DNA from: Thermodesulfobacteriota bacterium
Lineage (GTDB): Bacteria; Desulfobacterota_D; UBA1144; Nemesobacterales; JAJCZQ01
Assembly (NCBI GenBank): GCA_965203965.1
Contig: CBDBDR010000015.1
Coordinates: 32,001 to 96,000, forward strand
Direction: 5' to 3'
DNA: 64,000 bases
Shown here piece after piece: positions 11,601 through 26,100 of this stretch. Every line of letters begins with the position of its first letter. Positions within the stretch are counted from its first letter, which is position 1. A program made the translations under genes and the position numbers. The notes beneath the pieces were generated by a model. That model was not told the DNA's origin and made no database searches. It saw only the letters and a program-made list of their open reading frames with translations.

Positions 11601-13977
11601 TTCTGTAGAAGCTTACAAGAGGTGACTGCTCTGATACAGTTGTGCTAGGCTCCTGCTGAGGTGATTTAGGACGTATGAGCTGTTCACTGACAGAGGTCAG
11701 CTTGCTCTTGAACTCGGCTACTTGTAGACCAATCTTGATGTTCCGTGCCCTCACAAACAGACTGGGGCTACTGGCTGCCTGTATATCCTGAGTCTTGGGC
11801 TCTCTGTTCTCTGCCTCTTCATCTTGTTCACAATCTTCAGTGGTAGTCTTCAAGTCGCTGTCGGTGGATACGGTCTCATTTTGACTATAAGCAACACTGT
11901 CATCCATCGTGGTGATAGGACCATCTTTCTCTACATCATCTTCCTCCTTATTATCTGTCTCATTTGTCAGTGCAGCTATTTCCTCATCGTTGGGATTTGT
12001 GACAACAAGAGCAGGGAACTCTTGATTATTTTCAGACTGACTCTCCTCCTTTGTATCTTCTGCTGTCAACTCCTCATCGGCCACCACTTTCTCTTCTGGT
12101 TCATCATCTGCAATTGGTTTGATTTCCTCCATTATCGATTCTTCCTTATTGTTTATAACTTCTTCCTCTATCACTTCCCTTTTCTCTTCAACAGGCGAGG
12201 GTTGGGACACATCAATTGGCTCTTCTGCTGGCACAGATAATTTCACTATTTTTCTCTGGTGCCCCTTACACAGCAGGTACACATTCCCGCTGTCAGTAGC
12301 CATGTCTACTATACCCTGTCCAAGCGATATACCACCTATGCAGGTAAGTGACTGTGGCTCTAAGACTAGTACAGTGTTCTCATGTGAAGCAACCACCCAT
12401 TCATCACCAAGTGGCTGAATTGAAGACAGCTGCCATGATGATCGGAGTACAAGAGGAAGAAACACACCACCAAACAGTGGTATGACAGGATGTGAATGAT
12501 CCAAGAGAACATCCTTGTACTTGGCAGTGGACAAGACCTATGAATAGAATAAACACAATGAACAGTGATTGCTGGCACGATTCAATAAAGACTAACACAG
12601 TGCCAACATAATGTTGGTATCAGCTTTTAGAGATCCAATTTGAATGTAAAGCATTATACTAACCTTTCCTTGGTTATCTGTTAGCCATAATCTTAATCCT
12701 GGTCGACCAACTACTGCTTCACCTGAAGATGGTAAAAAACAACCTCCATATTCACCGGGCTTTCTAGGGCGGGAACCAACCTATAGTAAGAGAAGAAGGT
12801 GCTTACTATTGTCAATAAGTAAACATGATTGTCCCTAGTACACATCATTGCACTACTCTCCATGCATGTACTGTTCTGAAATATGGGAATTTTGTAAAAG
12901 ACAATCCCCATTTTGTGTATTGTATTTAGTACCATAAACAAAATCCTTGTGACCAAACTAAACAAAATGAGTCAGGAAGGAATGTGTATCGACAGTATGT
13001 CGATTATGAATTCTTTTTATGTGCTAAAATGTTATCATTCACAAAATATTTCACCAAAATGCTTCAGATAACAACTAACTTGAGTTGAAGCTCCAGTGTC
13101 TGTGTTGACGAGAAGAGGGAGGTTGAGAGTGGAGACTAGAAGATGGGGAGCGGAGTAGCTCAGTGATGTGACCTGAGAGCCACATTCCAGGAGTGGTGAA
13201 ATATCAAGATGAGCCTGAACCAAAACATAGTGGAAAAATAAACAATCAGACAGGTCCTTTCTAAGCTAGTTTTTAAACACCCACACCCACATTTGCATAT
13301 ACTAAATAATGGTTAATATACCTTGTCTTTGTTAAATGCAAACGATAGAAGCTTTCCTGATGCGTAACCAACAAACAATTTATCACCATTGTCATTCCAC
13401 AATATAGCAGTAACTGGACTACTGTCTCTCTCCTTCACATGATGTGACTTGACCTGAATTATGAAGAGGAATGCATAAGGACGTGTAGAAAGTAAATAGC
13501 TAATGAAGAAGACTAAGACAATGCAAGTTAGCTTGAGGAGTAGACATGAATGGTACATGTACTTACATGAGTTCTGTGAATGTCGGTTACAATCAACAAT
13601 CCGTCCGATAAGCCCAAAGCAAAAAAACTATGTGCACTGCACAATCTCACCCTCTTGACAGCTGACCTAGACTCCTTTTATGAGAAGCAAGCAACACATA
13701 AACATATTGCATACACAAGTGGAGACTGGAAATATAATATGCATGCATGTGCACAGGTACATTATAAGGTTACACTCACACTAAGCTCTCTAAGGACCCT
13801 CTTTGCTGCAGTGTCAATTACCCTGACATAGCCCTGTTCAGAGCCAACTGCAAGCAGGTCACCACACGCGTGTAGACACGTGTATTCCACACGCTGTCTG
13901 AAGAGTCCAATCTCACCAGGCAAGAGAGTGTTCACGACCAGTAGCTGGTCTTGCTCGCTGACAACACTTGCCGTCAT
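8623..13977 (-). CDS. TECPR2: Tectonin beta-propeller repeat-containing protein 2 (N-terminal WD40, acidic linker, C-terminal TECPR repeats)
   Basis: N-terminal VEYTCLHACGDLLAVGSEQG and RPGLRLW motifs; long acidic region; repeated VWAxD..YxRxGIT...PxGxxW TECPR motifs in 8623-10450. Confidence 0.85.
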
Positions 13978-14225
13978 TGCTGTTGGATTAGAAAACGAAC
14001 ACAATGACACAATGAGCATGAAAACAAGAGAAGGTAAGAAAGTAGAGGTGAGAAAGACATATAGCTGACCGTGGATGGTGGACGACTTGCTTCTTGGGTA
14101 GGCGTGGCAATCTTATTTTAGAAAGGAGGCGTTACCGAGCTGGCGCATGTGACCGTGTGACCTTAAATCGTTGTCGCATTTGCCAGCTGAGCTCTCAGCT
14201 TGTTCTAGCTGTGAAAGCGAGAGCA

Positions 14226-17200
14226 ATGGCTGGGATCATCCAAGATGACGCTCGGCTTCACCGTCTCTGCCACAATGGGAAAATGGGAGATATTAAAGAT
14301 TACTTGGACGTGATCCCGGAAGAGAACGTTGACGATCGTCTCAACAACAGGCGAGGCGTGTTCGGCTACACTCCATTACACGAAGCAGTCAGTGGCGGAC
14401 ATGATGTGGTGCTAGACTTTTTACTTGGAAAAGGTGGAGACGTGAACTGTCGTGCTAACTCAGGCTACACGCCACTGCACCTCGCTGCTAGCGCCGGACA
14501 CATCAACTGTGTAAAGGCTCTGCTAAAGCATGATGCAAACATCAGTTTCAAGGACGACTATGGAAAAACACCCAAACAGACCGCTGGACTGAGCTCCAAG
14601 AATAACATAGTCAAACTGCTCCGTAGTGAAGGTAAGGGAAAGGGCGAACAAGTTATATATCATAAGCCTGGGCCCGTAATGGATTAAAATCAACAGTACT
14701 CATTGTATCTGCATTAACTGTAAAGGAGCACCTGAGCTGCATAACTAGTAACAGCCATTTTGAAAGCTTTTTCAGTACATTTATAAGCCGACAGTCAAAG
14801 GACTATAAATGAAGACTTTCACAGTGTCACCACCAGGGTTGATAGAGTTGTTTTTGGACAAAAAAAAATAGCTGGTGTGTTTGAAATACCTTCTTGTACT
14901 GAATATGAAACTAGTAACCTAATGTACACATGCTTGTGTGTGTTTTTACCTACTGGTACTGTTTGAGTTTATGGGAGTTATCAGGTAGAGTACCTGCCTT
15001 GGCTAAGACAATAGTCCTAGCTCCAAACTAGCCAGTTTGAAACAATGGGTAGTGTCCCTCCCTCTCTTAAAATAGAACTTAGCAGTTTACACTATGATGC
15101 CATGCTTATAAAATGTGTGTGTAGTAACCACTTTGCCTGCCTTGGCTAAGACTAGCTCCAAACTAGACAATGGGTAGTGTCCCTCCCTCTCTTAAAATAG
15201 AACTTAGCAGTTTACACTATGATGCCATGCTGTCAGAGTTTATCAAATGTGTGTGTTGTAACCACTGATTGTGGTTTGAGATACACACACTGTATCTATT
15301 CCATTTTGCATGTGATTACATCAGAAAGGATGTTTTTTCAACAAACTTTTCATTGTATAATTTCCAATAAAGCGAAACTTTTCATAACAGCAAATCTTTC
15401 ATCCATAATTTATTAATTTTATTCACGTTTTTAACCTTTTTCAGAAATTATCAAGGAGGTAGAGAAAGAGGGTGACAACTTGACTGATCTTTTACGAGTA
15501 AAGAATGAGGAGTTGGAGAAGGACTGCCTCGAGCGAGCTCTCACAGCTGCTGTCACGACTGGTAACCACTTCAATGTGGGCAAGTTGATTGTTAAGGGTG
15601 CCACAAATATCGACAATGCCCTCAAGCAAGCCATCGAAACAAAGAAATACCATGCCACGGCCATGCTTCTTTTGGTTATTGCTGCTATGAAAGGAAATCG
15701 TCAGCTTGTTCTGAAGCTGTTTACTGAGTATTCTGGGGCTGTTGCTCTCCCTGAAGGTGTAGAAATCACTGAAGAGGATATCAAAGAAGTACAGAAAGCT
15801 GTTACATCTGGGCAAGTATCCACAGTCGTACCAATTGAGATAGCTCGAAGAAAGGGTCAGAATAGTGTCCGAGAGGAGCTGCTTCTTCGCACGGATGTGA
15901 AGCAAGATGAAGGCACCGTATATTGGCATGGGCTACGGCTGCTGAATATTGAGCTCTCCTGGATCAGAAAGATTCACTGGGTAAAGAGACTACGTCTTGC
16001 TCGAAATGGATTCCGCTTCATTCCAAGTGAAGTTGGACAATACTTGAAACAGGTAATTATCAATTACTGCCAAGTATTTACTTCTACATAAAACGTAGAT
16101 AATTGCCCAGATATTGGTTGAACTGCTTAGATTCTTGCGATTACGCTAGTACAATTGGCCAAGAAAAATAATGTCACCGCTTGCCATTCCTGTCGGTTTA
16201 CACTAATCCGCTAATTCATACATGTATCTGGCGATAAAGGTAGACAATTCAATGTGGTGTGGTAACGGACTAGGTATGTAAAGACCAAAAAGATTCAATA
16301 AGAGCTTACCTCGGCATTCATGCTTGATCAATACTACTGAAATTATATTAGGGATGATGGCAGTGCATCCCTATGTAAGGATGTATTAGCGTTCAAACGC
16401 TGATATTTCACCTGGTGGTGAATTGTGTATGTCCAGAGACACTTAGATCTGCTCTCTGGCGTTGACCCATCTTTATAGTACCAATGAGATTGTTCAAAAT
16501 TGTTACTAAAGTGATGAACCTGGAAATGGTGAAAATTGACTTTCGTCATCTTCTTTCTTTCTTCAGCACGCCTAGCGCCTTTACTCGAGCAGTGCCCAGC
16601 ATGAAACACCCACGAACAGCCATGAAATTTTGCTGCCAAGTGCCTTTTGAACTTAGTTTTTAGCGAAACAATGATATATATTCAACGATTTTACGATCAC
16701 AATCAGTTGTCAGCTAAGCATTAGACGCCATCTTGTGATATTGCGCAATATGCAATCACGCAAATACTACAACCCCATGTAGAGAGCAGCGCATATTGGA
16801 GTCTGGAGACTTCAATGAACAATTCAGTGAGTAAGATCGTGTAGGACCACCATTTTGCTACTTGCTAGATAGTAGAATAGCCGTACTGAATTTCTAAGCA
16901 ATAGTGGGCGAGGCTTGTATGAAGAGCTTTCATGTGTGGGTGAGCTAGTAGTTTCAGGATTTTGGAGATGCACAGCATAGTTTGGGCTACAAGTTAGAAA
17001 GCAAAGCCATCAACAACAGCAAAAACTAAACCAATGGTGGAAACTAAGAGCATCAATTCATGCATGCATTCTCAGTCAACACCATGCAGCACTCCCGGCC
17101 TATAGCCAGTAAAGCGTGTGTGGAGAGCATAATCAGAGTGAGTAGGCAGGAGTAGGACACTCATGCATTTGATTAGAAATTCCAAATCCACACATGATGG

Positions 17201-20200
17201 CTGTTTCTAAAGGTAGACTAATGAATAGTAGTGATGGCTGACAGTACATGTACGCTGTTTTTATAATGGATGGAACTGGACTTATAAAAGATAAACAGCA
17301 GATTTCTACTATCCCAAAGCGATCTTCCCTGTCTGCTAGTTCGAGTAGATACTGCTAAAGTGAGAAACGAGTAGAATCTGTGATTGTGGGCCATCATACT
17401 GGTTCTCTATGATGCATGTGGCAATCGTCTGTGAGTCATCATGGGTATAGAAAGCGAAATACTGCTTGATTGATTTGCCTATGTGTAGCTTAATCATCTT
17501 GTCAAAAGGATGTGGAAATGAAGACTGATCTGACAAAACTAAAGGCTCGTCTGCACTACAGAACTGGTTCAATGTGCATTAGTTAAAGATCAGATCATAG
17601 TGCATCGATCTGCTTACCACATGTCCGCACTGGTTGCAAATGCTGTTGTCATGTGACGTAAGCAACAGCTCGCTAAACAGCAAGAAAACTGGCCTTGTCA
17701 CATACTAACGCTATTCTAGTGTGTTTCGTGTCCTTTCTTTGCCCGAGCGCCGACCAGAGCTTCCATAGTACTAGTCACACGCCATGTGTTCGAGACCACT
17801 CCCATATCCAATCCAGTTCAAGTCACTTCAATGCACCTCCGTATGTGCACATCGATTCGCGTAGATTCACTTTTGTAAAATTGACGTGTAATGTAGACGG
17901 GATTAAACTACGCATTTTGAATGCGCATTGAACCGCATTAGAGCCCTAGTGCGGACGAGCCTTAACTAATTTGAAGTTTGAATAAGCTGCATTAGTAATT
18001 CATTACCAAAGTCAAGCAAACCATGAAGCACATCAGTTTTTCATTAACATTATTAATTTTCTCTTTTCCAGGTTGTGAAGTTGGATTTACAGCACAATGA
18101 GCTCACAGAAATACCTCGGTGTATCCTTGAGCTGCCTAGTCTAACCGAGCTCATCCTCTCCCACAATCATATTGTGGAATTGCCTGATATACATGAGTGG
18201 TCCGCTGGTCTGACAGTACTAGATTTGGCTTTCAATGAGCTAAGCAACCTCCCTAATACAATCGTAGCTCCCTCCATCAGGACACTGAATATCGGCGGCA
18301 ACAAGTTTCGCTTCGTTCCACTTTGCATCTGCTCCTTTACCAGCCTTCAATATCTTGATCTCAGTGAAAATGTTGATATTCTTTCTCTTCCTGTTGAGAT
18401 GGGTCGACTCTCTAATCTCACCAAGCTAGGACTGGTAGGTCTAAAGGATCTCAGTGATCCTCCACGTAATGTCCAGCGTGATGCAAGAGACTGCGTTCAC
18501 TACCTCAATAGCAAGCTTCGCAGTGCTAAAAAATTTTATCGCATGAAGCTTATGCTTGTTGGCAAGCAAGATCGAGGTAAGACAACTTTGGTAACTCGAC
18601 TGCAAGGCAATGAGATCGTGGGTCCCAACCAGTCTACGGTAGGTGTAGACGTGAGCGAGTGGAATTATGGTGGTATTGGCAAGCGCAAGTTTCAGTTTAG
18701 TATCTGGGACTTTGGTGGTCAAGAAGAATACTATGCTACTCATCAGTGCTTTCTCTCTGAGCGATCTATGTACCTCCTTCTTTTCAACCTCAAGCACGGA
18801 GAAAAAGGAGTCGAGGAGCTCAAACCATGGCTTGACAACATTGTCCTCAGGGCGCCACGTTCCTGTGTCATCATTGTTGGTACTCATCTTGATGAAGTGG
18901 AAGACTCAGAAAGGCCACAGATCGACCAACTTCTCAACAGTGTGGCCACTCTTGCCAGCAGCTATGGCAACAAGCTGCAAGTTCCTGAAGTATTGCCAGT
19001 TGGTCTTGTGAACAGGCTAGAGAACATAGGAGCTCTTCGCGAGGCAATATACTTACATGCTTCCGAGTTTAAGGCTCGAGGAAACCAGCCAATTATGGGA
19101 CAAGAGATTCCTGCTAGCTATTTTCAGCTCAACAAAGAATTGGAGAAGATACAACAACAAGTGAAAGAAAACAAGAGTGAGCCAATCATGCATGCCGAGC
19201 GCTTCAAGGATCTAGTTCAACAGCTGAAGCTCCCTGACATCCACAGCGATGGAGAGCTGCGAACAGCCACCCTCTTCCTCAACGAGGTAGGAACTATTCT
19301 CCACTATGATGATCGTAGCCACAACTTAAATGAGCTATATTTCGTGGATCCTCGTTGGCTTTGCGACATGATGTCAAAAGTTGTCACAGTCAGAGAAAGA
19401 AACAACTTTGTCAAGAATGGAATTCTCCATAGTATGTACATACCATTTCTTTATCGTGACAAACGATTTCCCTGGCAGTACTTTGAGCAGTATGTCACTC
19501 TTCTGGATCGCTTTGAAATAGCTCTTCCTCTCGACAACAAGCGAATACTTATTCCCTCCATGTTGCCCATTGAGCGTCCAAACGATGCTGATCTGTCTAG
19601 TCATCCAGATGGCCCTTACTACATGCGCTACATCACATTTGCTACTACTGTTCCTCCTGGATTCTGGAGCCGACTTATCTCTCGTATCATGCACACTGTG
19701 CCTGAAGTGTGCCATGCTGTTGATGTGAAAGCTGCCATGTCAAGTGATGAGGAGGCTATGGCATATTCTTATCCAGGAACACCAGATAAACCAGGTGACT
19801 TACTTATGGATTCTTCTGAGGCCGTCTCTCCTGCTGGACCTCAATCTCCCAAGCCACAGTCTCCTTTGTCTACTCCTTCTACTCCTTCTACTCCCGGTAG
19901 TCAGCCTACTGTTCACCCACCCCTTGTTTTGCCTAATATCAGTCGCATTATTCATGATGAAGACTTTGGCGATGTCAATCCTGAAGACATCAAACTGGTG
20001 TACTGGAGAGAAGGACTAGTGTATGATGGACCTACAGTTAGTTTTGCTGTGGAGTCACTGACAAGATCAGGGCATAGATCAAAATCTGGTAGACAAGGTG
20101 TGTTATTAAAGGCATCTCCTACTGGGAAAGGCACCAAGACTATCTGCCTCTTGGTCGACTTGGTATTGGCACTTATTCATGACTGGTATCCAGGCCTGAA

Positions 20201-23000
20201 CGAAAGTACCTTTGCCAGTGGATGTGGTGTTGAGCAATGCATCCCTTGCTATGAGTGCCTCAGAGAAAACCATAGTGATCCTTTTGAGTTTGAAATTGAG
20301 CAATCACGTCTACATATAAGTAACAATCAGATGCAGATACGATGTGGATACAACACAAGAGATGATTCAGCCAATCATTTAGTCCAATTAAGTGACATTG
20401 TTCCAGATATGCTCTTGAGAGATCTTGATGCTGTATTTCTCCTTAAGAATTCTGAAATCAAGTATCAAGAAGATGCCAATTCTTTGCTAGGTGAGGGAGG
20501 CTTTGGAAAGGTGTATCGAGGCAAGTGCAGAGATAAGAGTGTTGCTATTAAGAAGTACATAGTGAACAGCAGTCGTCTTGAAGATGCCTTCAGTGAGCTT
20601 CGAGCAGAAGCTCTTGTTCTTCAGAAGTCTCATCATCCGTGTTTAGTGTGTCTTGTGGGAGTCTGTGTTCATCCTATGATGGCACTGGTTCTAGAGGAAG
20701 CTCCCATGGGATCTTTAGAGAAGTACCTCATTAAGAAACCAATACCAATTTCTCGAGTTGTGATCTATCGCATGGCAGCTCAGATTGCAGCTGCACTAAG
20801 GTTTCTTCATAATACGGGGTACATCTTTAGAGATCTGAAAGCAGCAAATGTGCTCGTTTGGTCACTAGAGCCTGAGTCTTTGTGCCACTGCAAGGTAACA
20901 GATTTTGGCATCGCCACGCACCTCTCTCCAGTTGGAGCACTTGGAATTCAAGGAACAAAAGGGTTTATTGCTCCAGAGGTTCTCTACATTGGAAAGAGGA
21001 AGGCTGTCTATACTCACAAGGCTGACATTTTTTCTTTTGCAATGTTGCTGTATCAGATGATTGCTCGTCGCCATCCTTTTCATAATGTACAGCCAGTGAA
21101 GATTGATACGAAGGTTGTGAGTGGAGAGCGTCCGAACATTGTTGATGTCCCTTTCGCTGACACTGGTTACTTTTTCTTGACCTACTTGATGAAGAAATGT
21201 TGGGAAGACAGACCAGAGTTACGACCACAGACCAGTGATATCATCAACAAAGTGTCTGGAATGGTCATGCAGTCAGTGATGGCCATACATTCGGTGAACA
21301 GCCGCTTCTCTGTACGCCGTTGCTGTGCGATTACACCAAGTAACTATGCTCGTGCTAATGTAGGCAACCATCCAAGTGAGCTTTGGGTTTGTTGCGATGG
21401 GGCCGAGGGAGCGGAAGTTAATATCTACAGCACTCGAATGGTGAAGCTGAACAAAAACTTTATCAAAGATAATCAAGTGCAGTGCATGTGCGTGTGTGGA
21501 GACCATGTCTGGGTTGGATCACGAGCTGGCATTGAGTATGGAGTGATTGATATATTCAGCATCACATCACGCGAACTTGTTCACAACATCCGAATGAGAG
21601 AGAATTCAGTCTCCTGTATCACCTGCTCTGACTCAACTGTCTACCTCGGTACACTTGAGGGCTACTGTTTTGCTTTCTGCATGGATATCAAGGCCATTCA
21701 GTCGAATGCTCGTCCACGATATAAGTACATCTCTGAGAATGCAGTGGATGGTATCGCTGTGACTAACAAGCATGTATGGGTGTCTCACACTAAACTGATA
21801 TACTTCCTCAACCTTGAAACACTGCAAATGGAACACTCCTGGCACCGACAAGGGAATCAAGATGAAGGGAATCAAGATGCGTTCATTGGACAACTGTCAT
21901 GTTCAAATGATGGAAAGATCATCTGGAGTGCTCATCTTGGAGGAACAATATTATCTGCTTTTGATGCACACGATGAGACCCACTTGTACGATATCAATAT
22001 CCAGCAAGAGTTCATACGTTTAGTGGGGAAAGGAATCCACTCAGAATATGATATCATAATGACAGCCGTAACTCCAGCACTAGACACAGTGTTTGTGGGC
22101 ATGGCAACAGGTCACATCGTGGTATTCCATGAGCAACTAGTAATGATGATCGCTCGACCATACACAGAGTATGTGAGGTTCCTTTGTCCGATTTTATCAG
22201 AAGGCCCTTGCCAGACAGAAAAGTGCATGGTCTTGGCTGGAGCTAAAGGATTCACCAGCCCTTTACCAGAGTACGATGTTGTTCTTTCTACAGCCGACTC
22301 AGAGGAAGAAAAGGGACATCAATCAGCCGGTGTACTAGTGATGTTTGAAGCTTATCCTGGCCCAATGATAAAGCAGATGAAATGTCTTGAGGATGATGAA
22401 GGAGGCTATTTGTCATCACACACTAATCTCGCCAGAATGATTCGTAGTCAGCACTTCAAAGATGCTACTCATATCCTTGATTTAGCTGGAAAGAGTGAGA
22501 CACTGAGACCAGTTCTACAGAAAACCACCAAAGATTTTGAAGAAAGCGGCATTCGTCACTCTATGCTGACCTCCTCCATAGCTGGCTCTCTTCCCTCTAC
22601 TCCTATCAAACAATCAAATGAAAATTTTGAAGAGAAGAAAATTTCACCACTTCCCTCATCCACCGAGATAGATGGACAACCTCCTTGTAACAAGGAAGAA
22701 ATTATCAAAGAATTGGAATCTCCTCCTCGACCACGAGCAAGAACCAACACGGTTATTCAAGAGACAATGGATGTGGAAGTGCAAGGCCAAGCGGTACGTA
22801 TCTCCTGTCCCAAGCCAGCAACAATGTCAGAAGTTATGAGAGAGCTAGCCATCAATACATCAAAGGAGACAACTCAGAACCATTGTCTTGGGTATAGAGC
22901 TCTAGATTCGGGAATGATGATAAAGGTGCTCGCAGACGATGAACTACAGCAGTATCTCAAAATGGAGTCTCGACCCAGCCTAACCTTGATCCTAAAATAA
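14226..23000 (+). CDS. LRRK1-like Roco kinase copy 1 (ankyrin-LRR-ROC-COR-kinase-WD40, PB1-like tail); exons 14226-14631, 15445-16052, 18072-23000
   Basis: Ankyrin TPLH repeats; LxxLxLxxN LRRs; ROC GKQDRGKTT, WDFGGQ, VGTHLD; kinase GEGGFG, VAIK, FRDLKAAN, DFG, GTKGFIAPE; splice phases consistent. Confidence 0.93.
14994..15231. repeat. Imperfect direct duplication (~95-110 bp) in LRRK intron 1
   Basis: tgccttggctaagac..acaatgggtagtgtccctccctctcttaaaatagaacttagcagtttacactatgatgccatgct occurs at ~14994-15106 and ~15137-15231. Confidence 0.85.
17543..17962. mobile_element. PIF/Harbinger-like MITE
   Basis: 16-bp TIRs aggctcgtctgcacta / tagtgcggacgagcct (1 mismatch), flanked by TAA on both sides. 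Confidence 0.75.
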
Positions 23001-23183
23001 CTATACTAGTGTGTGCTATGTGTATTGCACCTTTTACCAACTAGGACTCTACAATAGACTAATTTGATTTCAGTGTAAATTTGCATGCAGATCATTATTA
23101 TTTCGCGCTTTGGTTCGTCACGTCCACGTGATAGAGATCTCTTCTGGATGTGTCGAGAGTCGAGATTTTAATAGCAGGTGATC

Positions 23184-26100
23184 ATGGCAAGATATTTTAG
23201 CTTCAAGAAAAAAGACAGCAACTCGCTTCAAGGTAAGAAACTCCGCGTCCGTGCTTCTGAATCATTTGCGGCTACGACCTGTACGAGGTTGCCGCTGGAG
23301 CAAATGTACAATGTATTCGAATGGTGGATAGGGCATTATTCATTGCGGTAGGAGGTGGTCGGATTTTTATTTTGGTTTGGTACAGATATTAGCGCCATTA
23401 TTACCCTGGGGTAGGGTTGGGTTTGTCTGTCTGTATGTAGTATGTGTATGTACAAAAAACGTGGCTGTTTATTGCCTTACTGCTCAAAGATTGTCATGAA
23501 ATAGCTCTCAACAGCTTGGTTGTTGAATATTTATTCAACGCTTGCGAAGTCATGCATGAAAGTCTTCTGTCGCGTGCTACGGCCATGCATGTATTCCTAT
23601 TAGCAACATCGCCGATTAGAACATTCCGGTAAGTAGGTGTGCCACAATTGTGAGACGTGGCCAAGCCATTAAATTAAAATCCACCAATAATTATTTTGAC
23701 AAAACGCTAATAATTATACATGTAGTACTTTGCGCCAATATTTTCTGCTATATGGTATGAGATACCTATGTCCATTGCTGTTCCATTTAGCGACTGATTA
23801 GAGCATAATAATTATTAGACCACAGCTAAACAACGCTCACGTGTCTTTGCTCGTCGTTCGTGTTGTTTTTGTTTGCTGTTGCTATGGTCTAAATCAGTTA
23901 GACTGCGCATCCAATCGGATCTACGCGATGTAGATGCCCTCACGCCGTTACCATAGCGCCCTCGCTACACTCGGATGCTATATAGCAACGGCTCTCGGGC
24001 TTCTAAATTGTGTAGATCCTCGGATGCGCTGTCTAACTATTATTTATAATGAGATTTACAGTGAAACCCCTCTTAATTAGCATGGACCGGACTCATCTCT
24101 CTATAATAGCACTTATTATTACTGAACCCCAAATAATGGATACCCTAGCTCTCTAAAATGGACAATATTGTTTGTCCTAATGGTGTCCGCTTTATAGAGG
24201 CTCCACTGTATCGCAAACTTCTGACTTGTTTAACTTTCAGAAATGGTGTTAGTTTTTAAGATTTGGTTTGTTTATAGTTTTAGAATCAGTTCTGTTTTTG
24301 TTTGAGGTTTGGACGTTTATTATGACAAGAAGGTTTTCATAATAAAAGCTTGACTCAATGAATGATTTTATGTAAGTCCACAAAGAAGTCTGTGGAGTAT
24401 GTTAAGCTCCTGTTTGAGCTAATTTATAATTCTTAAAACCTGTATTGGCAAAAGGAAATGCCATTTAGTAAGTTAGTGGTTTTCCAGAAGTAACACAAGT
24501 ATGCAGCAGTCATAGTGCATTGTCTGGTAACAAGGATTAAAACTCACAAGACTGAATAATTATTATTGCACCAAAATTTAAACAGCTTGATGGTAGCCAG
24601 CAAAAGTATCCTGATCTACTTGAGTGCCCGATACTGTTTTGCTTGGCTACTGATGAATATCGAACAAGTCTGAACTTCATGGAATCCTCGAGGACAATTC
24701 ACTACATAGTTAGCAAAATAGCTTTACTCTCTCAGGCCCTAGTAAGACAGTTAGTAGATGAGTACTGTTCGTAATTTTGATGCTAGAATTGGTATGCCAT
24801 TTTCCAGCACAGCGCCCACACATTATGCTCACTGCAGCTACATCCATGGAGGCGCAGCAGAATTCGACTAGATGATAATCATTCAATGACTCAATACAAT
24901 GTTAATGTTGTGACTATGGTTAATCGATAATCAAGGTAGAGGAGCTCCACATTATGACACTGTAAGCGTGGATGCTTTTTACTATGCGAAAACAGTAAAA
25001 TTTCTGTGTTTATTGTAGCAAATTTTTACACTACTGATTTAATAGTGTGTGATAGAAACTTTTCACTAAAATTTTAATCATAGAAAAAATCCAAGAAACA
25101 GAGGATGAGGATCGAATAAAGAATGAGGAATTGGAGAAGGACTGCCTCGAGCGAGCTCTCACAGCTGCTGTCACAACTGGTAACCACTTCAATGTGGGCA
25201 AGTTGATTGTTAAGGGTGCCACAAATATCGACAATGCCCTCAAGCAAGCCATCGAAACAAAGAAATACCATGCCACGGCCATGCTTCTTTTGGTTATTGC
25301 TGCTATGAAAGGGAAATGTCAGCTTGTTCTGAAGCTGTTTACTGAGTATTCTGGGGCTGTTGCTCTCCCTGAAGGTGTAGAAATCACTGAAGAGGATATC
25401 AAAGAAGTACAGAAAGCTGTTACATCTGGGCAAGTATCCACAGTCGTACCAATCGAGATAGCTCGAAGAAAGGGCCAGGATAGTGTCCGAGAGGAGCTGC
25501 TTCTTCACACTGAAGTGAAACAAGATGAAGGCACCGTATATTGGCATGGGCTACGACTGCTGAATATTGAGCTCTCCTGGATCAGAAAGATTCACTGGGT
25601 AAAGAGACTACGTCTTGCTCGAAATGGATTCCGCTTCATTCCAAGTGAAGTCAGACAATATCTAAAACAGGTAATTAGTCAGCATAATATTTTTTCCAAT
25701 TAGAATTAAGGCCTACAAAGTGCATTGAATTCCCTTTGGAGAATTGCTCGTCCAAGGTGAAGTCAATGCGCATTGAGTGCGTTCACAATTTAGTGACAAT
25801 ACAAATAAAGAAACGATTTGAAAAATGAATTAGCCATTACCGCTGTCATGTGACCAAATTTCTCTTGGCGTCCTAGTCACTTCAGTAGCCCATCCAATCA
25901 TCCATGCAGTTGTAGTACCCCTCTAGTCTCTCTGCATGCACTCACGAAGCACATTTTCACGATTTCATGCAAGAGGTGTGACTTCGTTATTGATGAATAA
26001 TAATATGATTTGCTTGAATCGCTTCCAGTCCACTTCCAAACCATCTCCGTACATGGTTTAGCTGAAAGCGCATTGAACTCGAATGCGCATTCAGTGTGAA

